Positions 51,994 through 64,000 of a DNA stretch of 64,000 nt are shown here, in pieces. The notes beneath the pieces are model-generated. The model did no database searches. It was given only the letters and a program-made list of their open reading frames with translations, and was not told the DNA's origin. This stretch comes from Harriotta raleighana (Eukaryota). Each line of letters opens with the position of its first letter. Positions within the stretch are counted from its first letter, which is position 1. A program made the position numbers and the translations under genes. Location: the NCBI GenBank assembly GCA_050575255.1, contig JBNZDD010013732.1:21090244-21154243 (forward strand). Reading direction: 5' to 3'.

Positions 51994-52260
51994 TGAATAA
52001 AAATGTAACTCGAAGGAAAACCAGACAACCCAGAGAAGAAATGTTGGATAGTTGCTTGTTTTTTTACAGCAGGTGCCTCCTATACTGTTGATGCTCAGTA
52101 GTTAACCTAGTACAGTACTGCAATACCACTGGTTACACAGCAAATCTGTGCTAATGTGCTGATGTGCTCATTCAGTTTGGATCACCAGTTCACAATTTAT
52201 GTGTTTGGTGTCCTTTTTTTAACAAAAAAAGTTGAAAAATACTATTTAATAAGAAGGTAT

Positions 52261-52590
52261 TTAATAATAATTATAATAATATTCTTTGCATTTGATAAAG
52301 CACCTTATCACATCTTCAAGACGTCTCAAAGTGTTTGACAAAATATACTGTAAAATGAATTGACTATATTTTGTGGGTAAAACATGGCAGCCAATTGTGC
52401 ACTGTGGTGTCCCACAAACAGTTGTGGATTGAGTGACCAATTTGTATAATAATAATAATCCTTGCATTTGATATAGTGCTTTTCAAATCTTATTGACGTC
52501 TCAAAGCACTTCACAGAATATACTGTAAAGTGAATTGTAAAGTATATTTGTGGGCATACTGTGTATACTGTAAAGTATATTTGTGGGCAT
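52261..52590 (-). mobile_element. Two tandem antisense SINE 3' halves
   Basis: Two (taa)n-ttgcatttgat tails starting at about 52261 and 52447. Confidence 0.75.
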
Positions 52591-52954
52591 TTTACATATA
52601 TTTCTTTAAGGAATTATTAGCCCAGTAGGACTAAAACCCAGTTGTTTGTAACTCTTGAGTAGAACTGTGCAACTATAATCCACACACTCTACCTTTAAGG
52701 AGTTAATACCCATCTGCGATTGATTCCCTTTCCATCTGTTGCTTTGTTGTACACCAAGAAGCGGTTTATCTCTTGCTTTACTTTGATGGATCGTGATGTT
52801 GCCAATGCTTCAAAACAGACATAAAACATACATTCGAAAGAGCTTTAGCAAAGGAGCAGACCTGATAGCCCTCTAAAAGGGGAGCCATCATCTTTCAAGT
52901 TGATTAAAAAAGGACAGCACTGGAACTGCTCCTATTCCAAAATACAAACACTTA

Positions 52955-53109
52955 AGGGATTATTAACACCCAGAAAATGATCTACCTATATCTTCTGCTA
53001 GGTAACAGTGTGGATTAAGAAAATTTGCCCAAGGTTTCGCCCCACTGGGAATCAAACCCAGGTCTCTTGCTTGCAAGGCAAGTGCTCTAATTGTGAGCTA
53101 CAGGACTCC
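52955..53109 (-). mobile_element. SINE 5' half (tRNA-derived head), antisense
   Basis: gggaatcaaacccagg...tgagctacaggactcc. Confidence 0.75.
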
Positions 53110-56100
53110 ACAAACAGGAAACCTGAATATAGACTTCAGAGACAACAGTAAAGTAATGTGTGCAGCTGAACATTATACTGATTAGATACCTGTATAAAGC
53201 ATTCCTCAGCCCCAAAAGCAAAAATATCCATTTGGAAACATCTGGTTTTAAATTTACAGTCATCAACTGTTGAAAGATCTTAAAATACAACATTTACACT
53301 GTTGAGGCTTTGACAGTTAATGTGAAGAATCCCCTATTCAGATTTCCTGCAGTGGAAATGATGGTGTGGACTGACTGCCATACGATACATCTATGAAAGG
53401 ATTATTTATACACCTAATGGGTGAGTGGCTTCCATGGAAATAAATAAAGAATTTCTTTTATGAGGAACAAGTTAAACCTGATTGTGAACTTAATACCTTA
53501 GCCTCAATTGGACAGATAATATTTTATACTAATTGTTATTCAAATCCATACTGTATCTTTAAGTACTAGAGGATTTTTTTTGTGTGTAGTCTTTGGTAGT
53601 CAGTCATTGGATGCTGGGGACACTTTTATGCAGCTTTGGAGATATTCAGCTGGCAGTATTTCAGGTTTCCATTGTGAAACTTGGACCACCAGCTGGAAGT
53701 ATTGTCCTGGGGAAGCCGAGCACAAAAATTCTATTTTAATACAAATTGATCCATCCTTAAAACAATCCTTGCATGTTATTGCTCTTTAATCTTTCTCACT
53801 GCAATACTGTACCATTGAACAATGACAAAAATGTTCCCAAAGTAATTGGCTCCATTCCGCAAAATGATACAAAGCCTTGTCCAATGCAATGGTCTGGCTG
53901 TCAAGGCTGCCAGAAGATTTCAAGGTCTGTCACAACATGTTGATGACCATTAAACTCATAATGACATCTGCAGACCTCTGTAAATCTGTTTGCACGTAAT
54001 TTGGGGCTTACCATTCCAACTCCTACAAATGTATCCAAATCCACAAAGGAGGAAATGATTGTCCAACTCTTTTGGCTACTTTGGCCCACATGGATGCCAA
54101 TTAACAAATTCTGATACAAGGCTAACTTTATGATAAAAATGCAATATTGAAAACAGCAGTCGAGATAATTGCTTGGAACGGGAAGCATATCAATTTAACT
54201 GAAGAACATCCCAAATAGCTCAGTCTGTTGAGCTCGAATAAAAACATTCATATCTTAGTGGATCTACTCAGAATTTCATCCATTATAGACTGATAAATAT
54301 GTATTATGTCTTTTAAAAAAAATGGTTTTAGCAGGGTTGAACTGATTTTATGAAAGTTTGTTTAGTCAGGAAGGTTTGTGAATGGATACAAATGAGCCTA
54401 TGTAGACTTGCCCTCTTGAGAGCTAAATGGGTCAAACCAATGGACTGTCCTTAGTGGACAAGTACCTCAATAAGTGGTTGTCATTATTCAACTAATGTAA
54501 GACATACTACATATTCTGATTAGTGGAATGTTGTTTTTAGTTATGAACTACTAAACTAATACAATCCAGGTCTTCTATGTTGACCTTGGAGAAAATGTAA
54601 AATACTGTAGTAAGCAAGTGTATATGGAACACCCATGTTTGTGGAGGTACTAATGATTTTTTCCCAAATTATTCGGTGGTATGACATGTGCAACAAACCC
54701 ACCTTCTTATGTACATATTGAATATCTGGACCCACGTGATAAAATACCACTATAATTTACTTAATATTCCAGAACCACAGTTGTTTGTATGCAAACAGGT
54801 ACTAGCTTTGAAAATACATACAAAATGGAATTTCAGGTCAAATGAGTTTGTACTTGTACTTTCGGAGCTGTGCATGCATCAGTGCAGCTATCTTCACTAC
54901 AAACGTATGTGGTATTTCTAAATAAATAGAAAAAGTATTGACTTTTTCTATGTTTCCGAAAGCAATTGAGTATTCCGGTTGCAACTAGAACAATATGTGC
55001 CATAATTAATAAGTATTTTTGCAGCAATGAATGATAATTTACCATGGTCTGCATTCTAAAAATACTTCGCTTTATTCTATTTGTAGATCTGAAAGTACTT
55101 ACTGTCAAAGTTTGAAAGGATACTCCACAGGTGGTACTCTGAAACAGAGATGCCATAGCTATAGGAGGAATGAATGATCCCAAAGCATTTCATTGAAAGA
55201 CCTTCAGAGAACTTGAGGGAGCTCTGAATGCTGATGTCCTAGAACAATGCATAAAAGAGTTGCTGGTTTCACATCAGAATAGTGAGCAGATTTACTATAG
55301 ATGCAAGCTGTTCTGCAAACTGTATCAGTCCAAATACATAATATTGTCCAGTAGGCCAATACTGTGCGTTTAAGTTGTATCAAAGAAAACACGGGCATAT
55401 AAATTGTTGTTGGTATTCTGATGTAGGGCCAAGTCCTTCATCTTGCGTGAGTTCAGACAACAGTGTCTTATTGGTAAGGCTTATCCTCACCTAATAGCGA
55501 TGTGAAGGCATATAGGACAGCAACCAGGAATGGGAAATCTGGTGTGATTTCACTTCCACTTTCATGGCAGAAATCAACAAAGTCAGCTCAGACCAAGGAT
55601 GTAACCTGAGACCTCCCAATCTGTATGGTTCTTTGCCGCAAGATGCAGTGCAATCGTCCACTGAACCATTGAGGCAGCCCTGTAAGTGTGCTTTCATTGT
55701 TCACTTAAATTGCTTTAGATTTTGTGGGCAGTAAAAGTTTGCAGAATATTTACAGTGGTCATCTTTAACAAGCGTTTAAACTCTAACCATGTGTGGCTGT
55801 CTTACAATATTGTTAAATTTCTCTGCCTTAATTGCACCTTGATCCATAATGTGATGGTGCAATTTATGTACCTGAATGATTGATCTTTTGAGAGACAGTG
55901 TATAACATATAAGTGAAACCAATCCATTGGATTTTATGATAAGCACATTTTATATATAACTGCAATTGACATTCCTTTCCTACCATTGGTTAATGCGCCT
56001 GAAGCTTCTCTCAGACAAGACCTTGATTTTGTAATTTTAGAAAATAAAACAGACCTTACCCATTAGGACCAGCCCTTAAACAATAGATTCACTTAGGCTG

Positions 56101-59100
56101 CCTGCTGTATGATTCATTTTAAAGTAAACACAGGACCAGAATCATCTGATTTATTATTCAAGTTTCTACAGTGTTCATATGGAACCTTTTACTTTTAACA
56201 TTTGGCAAGAAATGAAAAAGAATTTGACTTCTAATATATTTTTAAAGTTCAGCATGCATTTGTAATAAAACTGATTTTTTTAAAAAAACAATGAGTAATG
56301 ATTTCAATAGAATTCACATGCTAGTTTTCTATGAGTGCCTCCAGTTATGGTGTTCTAGTCAACTTTTCAGGGTCAATTTATCTCAGCATTCAAGAGCATT
56401 CCTTAAAATAGAGATTATCCAAACATTTCAAATATTTTATTACATGTGCTGAGCAAATTAGGTTCACAATTAAATTACATTAGAAAGTAAGATTTTGCAT
56501 TGAAGGATAATATCTGGCCAAATTTGGGTCATGTATCTGACTTGCTTCTTTTCAACAGATAATTTTCATCAAACTAGTCTGAAGGATGACTGCAGTTTTC
56601 ATAGAGTTGCCTCTGAATTCAGACTCAATTGAAATATTTGCCGAACCTGAATATTTCTGATCTGGAGAAAGTAATGTGGCATATACAGGTGGCATATAAA
56701 GCCTGTACAAGAGTTTAAGCATCTCTACTTCTCGAAGGAAACACTTTGTCACAGTTTTTTTTATGAGAGTTGAGGAAATTGGCTCTCAATTTTGTCTGCA
56801 ATGACCTATGTTGATTGAACCCAATTCCATATCTAGTAGCTCTTAAACCCCTCACTGTGACCCTTTCCTGAAATAAAATAAATCTTTAAATCCCTACAGC
56901 AATATTTGAAAGTATCACATCAATGCACCTAACAAACTTATAGATCCTCACATTTAAGCCTTGCTTAAAAGTTATTACACTTGAAGCGCACTACAAATTA
57001 TGTTTTTGTACCTGACCAACATATATTTTCTCTTTCCTTGACTGCAGATTTTCTCTTCCCCCCACAGTCCCTTCCACTTTCCTAAAGGCATTGAGTGATG
57101 ATCACATATGACATTTGTTTTAGGTTTCTATGAAACCTGGAAACCTTGAAAACTGTGTTCTGGTGTTATATGTGAGAACTGAAATTGAATATTTGTAAGT
57201 TCAATGATGGGGCTATGCCTGGTTCTGTCATAACATTCATTAGGTAGCAAAAAGAAGATAGAATCCAAGCAAATTTGATCTGCTGTCTAATCCATGGGTA
57301 ATCCATTTAAAATGAGATCCAATATTTTGGCCCCCATCCTTCTTCCCAATAGCCAAATACCCCAACTAAAATTAAATAACTCAACCAGCAGATTGAGATT
57401 TGAACGTTGGACTTTCTGGTCCTAACTCACAGCTGAAACCAATGGTTGAAATAGAAATTTTTAATACATTTAATGTACTAGTGAGGGAGAAAGCAATAGT
57501 GATCTATGGAGAAGAATGTGTGTGTAGGAGGGGAGGGGAGAAGGAGGGTTTAGGATGGGTAGAGGCTCAAATGGAGTATAAACAAAAGCATTGACCAATT
57601 GGGCTGAATGGCTTGATTCAATGCTGTATATTCTATGTAAGTATATATGCTTTCATGTTCTCATCTAAAACATGATTATTGGTCTAAATATTACTTGTAC
57701 ATTACTTTGTCATCTATAAATTTACAGCTTTTTGTTAAAAGAGCAAACAAGAGATTGTTGTGTGTTTTGTCGTTATGAACAGGATGGTGTGCACTGATTT
57801 ATGCAACAATTAATTTTATACAGGAATACTGCTTAGACCTCAGATTATAAAGTTAACGATGGATATGAGTTTAAAGCAGTACTGTATATAGTGTTATGTT
57901 TTCATGATCACAACTTTAGATCCTGGGGAGATTGTTTTTTACGTTCATTGATTCACATGAGCTGTGACATAACAGCTCCTAGTAGCACAGACTGTGTCTT
58001 TAGCTACAGGGATATTTCTGTCAGTTCTTTAGAAGCCTAAAGTGTCTGTATCATTAAGGAAAGGCTGTATTTCCTGCATCCATAATAGCAAAAATTGAGT
58101 CTTAAAAATCGTAACTTTCCTGGGAGTGAAATTGTACTCTGAAAGTTATCCACAGAGAAATTCTATGATCACCTTCCAATTTAGTTGACCTTCAATGCCC
58201 TTAAGGAAACATTTTACTTGTACTTAAAACTTGATGATAATGGTGACATAGGAATGGAAATAGCTTTTGTAAAAATCGGTACAGTATTGGGTGTTTCCTT
58301 CAGCACTACACTGCTGACTGTTTCAATGTTTTCTGAATTCTGTTGTCATCCATGGGAAGCCAACTGGTCCACTACCATTGGTAATATCATGGTCCACACA
58401 GCCCATCAGCAATTTAAAACATTGTCTCACCTGCTATTTGCTTTTCAAAACAATAAGAGAACAAAGGTTAGTAGACCTTTTAAAACTACCAATGTTTTAA
58501 ATACTCTCTGAAGTCTCATTCATGGTAAGGTGTGAATTAACTGTTTGTTCAGTATGCTGTGTTTCCCATTGCAGTCCATCTAATGTCAAAATTACTTGTG
58601 TCCCCCTGAACAACTTGAATGGCTTTCTAAAGTTCAAAGAACATTCATGCATTGTGGAATGTGAAAGCTGTTCAGAAAGAGCACTTAATTCTGAGGGCAA
58701 AAGCATCAGAAAGTTGTACCTCAGGTTAAGGACAAGAGAGCAAGAGGAGAAAACCATTGAGTTTCAAAGATGCCTGGTATCTGACATTTTGAAACTATCA
58801 ATGAGTTTCTGGTAGTATTGTGTCCAATTTCATTTTATTTTATCTACTTAAACCTTTACATTCCACTGTGTATATAGTAGTTTGTGTTTAGTAATGTATT
58901 AATTATCTGCTACTATTCGAAAAGTGGAGGGAGTTTAGTTTCTTCTCATGTTCTGGCCAACAATCTCCAAAATAAAGTTATTCATTCACTCAACTGTGGT
59001 TAGTTGGGACAGTGTTGTGTGCAAATTGGCTGCTTTGCCTGCCTACAAACTATACAGTTACTCCACTTTATAGTTCATCCTGTGCAAAGCTTTGAGAAGT

Positions 59101-59364
59101 CCTCTGATGTGAAAAGTGTTATGTCTAATGAAAAGATTAGTACTGTATTATGAATTAAGCTATTCTTAGTGGAAAATACTTAATCTGAAAAAAAAAATAT
59201 TTTTCAATGCTCAAGACGAGACTGTAAAACCAAACCTAGTATTCCATTAATAGATATTCAGATAGGTCAGACTGAACTTGTCATTTGTATACGTGGTAAG
59301 TTAATGCATTCTGCATAGGCTTGAGAGGAATGACTGGGAAAGCCAAAGAGGTTGGCTCTCTTAA

Positions 59365-59651
59365 GCCCACAAATATACAGTCATTTTTTCCTGTTCTCCT
59401 TCCCCCTATCCCGACCCCTTCCCTTGCCATCTTCCCCCCCTTTCTCCCCTAACCCCACTTCTACTACTGTTTGTGGGACACTGCTGTGGGCAATTTGGCT
59501 GACATGTTTTTGCCCACAAATACACCGTCAATTTTTCCTACTTTCCTTCCCCCTCCCTCTCTGTTCTGATCCCTACTTGACCGTACAGCGCCTTGATACA
59601 TCCTCCCGACCGTGAAAGGCACTATATAAATGTAATTTTGATTGATTGATT
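59365..59651 (+). mobile_element. Deu-core element with L2-type tail and (gatt)n end, with an internal partial duplication
   Basis: gcccacaaata...ttcct unit occurs at 59365 and 59512; ends aaatgtaattttgattgattgatt. Confidence 0.8.
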
Positions 59652-62600
59652 AAGCATGTATTTAGGTGGCATTTGATAAGATGAAGCAAGAACTATTTAC
59701 AAAATCATGACAAGCTTAATAATTGACTGATCAAAATAGACAGGTCTCAATCTGCATTATATGCTTTGGCAGCATAATGGTGCCCATTAGCCTGCATCAA
59801 GCATGATTCATGCACAGTATGAATCATATGTAAGTCCATCATATGTTTAAGACTGTGTAGAAATGTTCCAATCCTGTGGGATGCAGAATCATCTTAAGTC
59901 TTTCATTGGTGGTCTTCCTGAATGTTTGCCCCCAAAAAACTGATACCGTCAAACTTTTTATTAGATTTATTTATTATATTTTATTAGATAGCTCAATATT
60001 TTATTTGATAGCTCGTACTTCAATTCTTGTCACTTTGAACTGATCTTGAGAATCTACTGGAGGCACCGAAGGGTGATGAACAGCCTCCAATCATGTTTAG
60101 GCTGTCTGGTATCAACAGCTCCGATGTGTTTGCTGACAATAGCCTATTTCACGTCTCTGCTCTATCTGCCCCACCGTCAATGGTGGGCTTTCAATCAAAG
60201 CCTGTCCTCTGGAATTCCATTCCCTCCCTTCAAGGTGTGTCTGAAAGCGTTCCTCTTGTGACTTCGCGTTTGATCATCAAGTGACAATAGACTTGCTATG
60301 AGTCAGTACCGAAAATACACAGTACCATGTGTCTGGGTATTTTAACAGAGTTAGTGAATCGCACTTGTTGAATCAATGAACTGCCTCTTTTCCAAGGACC
60401 AGGAGAGGTGCTACAGGAAGGAAGCCACTTTTGTCGTTGGATCTTTGTGTAAGGATAGATTTTAGGGATTGATTTATTTGTCCATTGTTAGCAAATTACA
60501 CAATTAGGCAGATCTTATGTGCCTGGATGCATCTTTCTTCAATGTGGAGATGGCAATTAAAACATCCAAATCAGTATATGTTATGAAAGGACAAATATTG
60601 TTATGTTGGACATAGATATCTAGGCAATATGTAATTTCTTAAAATCTCAAGTGATCTATACTTATACATCTGTGAGGGTGGGGAACTTTTTCTTAGGACT
60701 GTGCTGCAGAGCATTGGGAATGAATTGGTTAATTATCAGACTCTGAGGAATGCTTTGTTAACATGAATGAAGTAATTAGTTTAGGTAAGGCTTCACATCA
60801 TTTCAAAACATACATATATCATAGTTGTCACCAAGTTAAGAAAAGACGTTAGCTTTTTTTTTCCAAAGTGTACTGGATAATTTACTGTTGTGGCATGGCT
60901 TTTATTCGCCAGTCGAATCTCCAGGGCCACGGCTTTTAACAGAGCAGTTCTGCAGGCCAAAGCTTTTAGGGAATAAGGGAATAATAAAACTTCCTCTATT
61001 GGCTGCAGGAGCACTGAACCTGTCTGGGAATTAAAAAGTTGGATTCCATCCACCATCTTTATTAATGACAGCTGTTGTTTGTTTATTCACGTTCCGCTGA
61101 AATAACTAATCACCCGGTGATCCGTTGATGAAAAATGATTTGTTTTAATCAAAATCTCATTCGAGGGTTAAGAAAACCTGAAAATGATCAATCACTTGGT
61201 CTGTGTTGTCACTCAAGAATTTGGTGTGAAGGGAGTTTATGGAGCATTTTGGAATCCAAGTGCTGATTTCATCTTTCAAAATTAAGGCTGAAAATAAATG
61301 GTGCATATTAAATGTGGAGTTGATAAAGTGCCAGAAACACTATGACAAATCACTACATTACCTGCTCTTGTTCAAATCTTTTCTATTTTATAATTAAGAA
61401 AAACTGATTTCCATAATATCCAGGCTTTAAGTATCAAGCTCAAATTTAAAAAAAGATTTTTTGTTAGTTTAAAAAAAGTTTCAATACTCTCAACTTTAAC
61501 TTTAACCACACCACCTGGAAATTATTAAAAATTGTGATGTATTTGGACTTTGTTCAAGCAATACATTTTCTGAAGCATAATAATTTGCACATAAATCTAC
61601 TAAGTCTGAGGAGAATTCCTAAGTACTCTCTGCCAGAAGTGCTTTGCTTTGGTTCATTGTGGGAACTCTCATTGTACAGTACTGTACTTTTAATTGAGGT
61701 ACACTTTTTTTTGCCTTTGACTGCTTCCACTCGTTCTGGCTTTGGTCCCTTTTCATCTTACAGATTGATTTACTGATTCTGAATGCCTCGGCTACAACCT
61801 CAAAAATCAACATCATAAATTACAGCTAATTTGGGACCTTTTCCTGAATTACTTCAATTTCCCCCCCTGGCAGAAGTTCTCCCCTACATGTGGTTTCCTT
61901 TTTTTTAACCCACGATTTTACAAAGGCACACATACTGCAATTCACATCTCTTCTTCTGCCTTAATGCAGTAAACTCAAGTCAAACAGTTTGAAGAAAGAG
62001 AGCACAAAATTAAGACTGTGTTCAAAGTGAGTGAGCCTTTTATATTCTGATTGTTTTCTCAACGTTTATGGGAGTGTGAGTTTGTAGAGCTGGTTTACTT
62101 TCAAAAGTTTTAGTTTGAAGGATTTTTGGTCATCTCTAGGGTCTGTTTTCAAAACAAGCATGACAGTAAGTTGCCTGTGGCATTCAGCATATAATTCAGC
62201 TTTTCAAATGTGGTTTTAAATAACTTTTGGCTAGATTGCTGCAGTGCGAGTATTCTCAGTATTAGAAGGAAATTTAATGATTCACAGGCCTCCCCCGTTC
62301 TTTTTCTGCCATACCCAAGTGTTCAACACAATATCAGTGTATCCCAAAGACAGATTAACTTTAACCCAAAACAGAGGTAATGATTAACTTTTCAATATCT
62401 GATTATCCATTAGACAGATCTGTGTCACAATCTGACAAAACTGTATTCCAAAGCTAGGTAATTTTTTTTAAGAAGTCTTGTGTCATTGCTTTTTTGTAAT
62501 CCTTAGCAATTTGTTTCAATTGTACCCCATCTTTGTCTGTGATTTATAATTATGTTTCCACCCTGAAACCTGTGACTTCCTGCCCCTTATTGTATCTGAA

Positions 62601-64000
62601 AGTACTGTATTTCCCTGGATTTATTTTCTCATTCGATTTTAGCATCTCTGAACTTGGCTGTTTAACTGCAACTCTGACAGACTTTTTAAACTACACAGTT
62701 TAAACAATGTTTGCCAATAAAGGGAAACAGGACTGCTCCTACCTGTGAAAACAATGATTGATTTTTCTTGTGAGCAAAAGAGCAGGTGGACGGCCCCATC
62801 ATTACATGAAACAAATATACAATAACAAAAGTCCAGACTAAAAGTTCAATCAAATCACACTGCCCCTTGAACATACATCTGTCAGAATCAGGATCAGAGT
62901 CATGCCATACTTTTGCACTTCAATTTGCTTTCCGAGTCATAATATAAAATGTCCAGTTTTCCCAGAGTTGAATTTCAGAACATCCTACTTAGAGTTGGAC
63001 CTCCTATAGTGTCCGTACAAAACCATGATACCAGAGCAACCAAACCCATTGATGTTGCGCATGTGCATGTATCCCAACAACAGCATCAAAGAGGCATAGG
63101 CAGATATGGCCTAAATGATGCCCCTCCCCCTCCACCCCCCTCACCTTCCCTAACGCTCCCCCACCCCCGCTATCAGAATGCATGCCATGAGCCTATCTGT
63201 TCCGATTCTCTTAACACTATCCTGGAGTCTGTCTGGCTTACTTTTTCCCTCATATTGTTCAAGGTTCATCTCAGGACTTACCATTTTGACCGTGCTTTCG
63301 GTCTTCTATCTTTTCCCCACCCCATTTGGCTTCCACTCCCAGCTCAAATACCAAGCCTTGGGAGTCCTTCTGATGTGAAAGGTTCTGTATAATTGGAAAT
63401 TTGTTATGTTTAGCATCAGGCTTTATTGTAGGCACAAAACATTGTGAAAAATTTACTTTGAGATCCCCACTGTTGAAATGGCAGTCGTGGAAGCACCCAT
63501 GACCAATGTTACCTGATGTTCAGAGGCGTATTCTGGCCTTCACAGCCATTATTTGTGAATTGAATATCACAAAATATATTTATGACATTGTTTCATGCAT
63601 GTGTGAAGTTCTGCCTTCATCTGTCAACTTAATTTGGTAATGTTAGGACGTTTTTTATGCCATGAACATCAGTCGTTGCAGGTGACCTCGGAAAATGTAA
63701 ATGAGGACGTGGCAAAGTTTTGGACTAAAGCAAAGCCACATTTGAGTCTCAGGAGATGCATTGTAAAGGCAACACAAATTTCTAGTGAAATAATTAAACA
63801 CATTCATTCATCAGATATAGCACATGAAAGAAAAAGGCATTAAAAAAAAGTGTTTTAAAAGCAGTCATGAACTGTCAGCACTCCTAAATTTTTATTTTTA
63901 TGACTGGATTGGAAGGTTGAATTAATCTCATAGCAACTGCTTGTGGCTCACAATTTTTCAAAGGCTTCATCTCTAGTGTTAGGTGGAGGAGGAAGCCTGT

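Noticed and set aside
58299-58320. REST/NRSE-like TTCAGCACTAC
   Set aside because: Only the left half-site resembles the consensus; the GGACAG half is absent.

Overview
This is a eukaryotic (vertebrate) window lying entirely inside the + strand of KCNMA1 (Slo1, BK channel alpha subunit). Ten coding exons were reconstructed with canonical AG/GT boundaries and consistent phases. They cover S4 (e6), S5 (e7), pore/S6 (e8), two tandem 92-nt alternative S6-linker exons (e9 and e9alt) and RCK1 exons e10-e14; numbering follows human KCNMA1 as I recall it. I did not find exon 5 or exon 15 by eye, so they probably lie outside the window. The introns hold many tRNA-headed Deu-core SINEs, L2/CR1 LINE remnants and TA-flanked pogo/Tigger-like MITEs, which suggests a cartilaginous fish (possibly a chimaera; inference). 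The top finding is a CpG-rich segment at 16829-17042, in the intron before S4, with two in-frame Kozak ATGs and a phase-1 donor that splices in frame to the S4 exon. It predicts a BK isoform with a new 71-aa N-terminus and no S0-S3. Other highlights: the e9alt exon with R/A substitutions like the low-conductance skate electroreceptor BK, RBFOX/NOVA motif clusters and a hairpin around it, a candidate 11-nt microexon, a genomic Thr at a normally invariant Ala, and two long inverted repeats.
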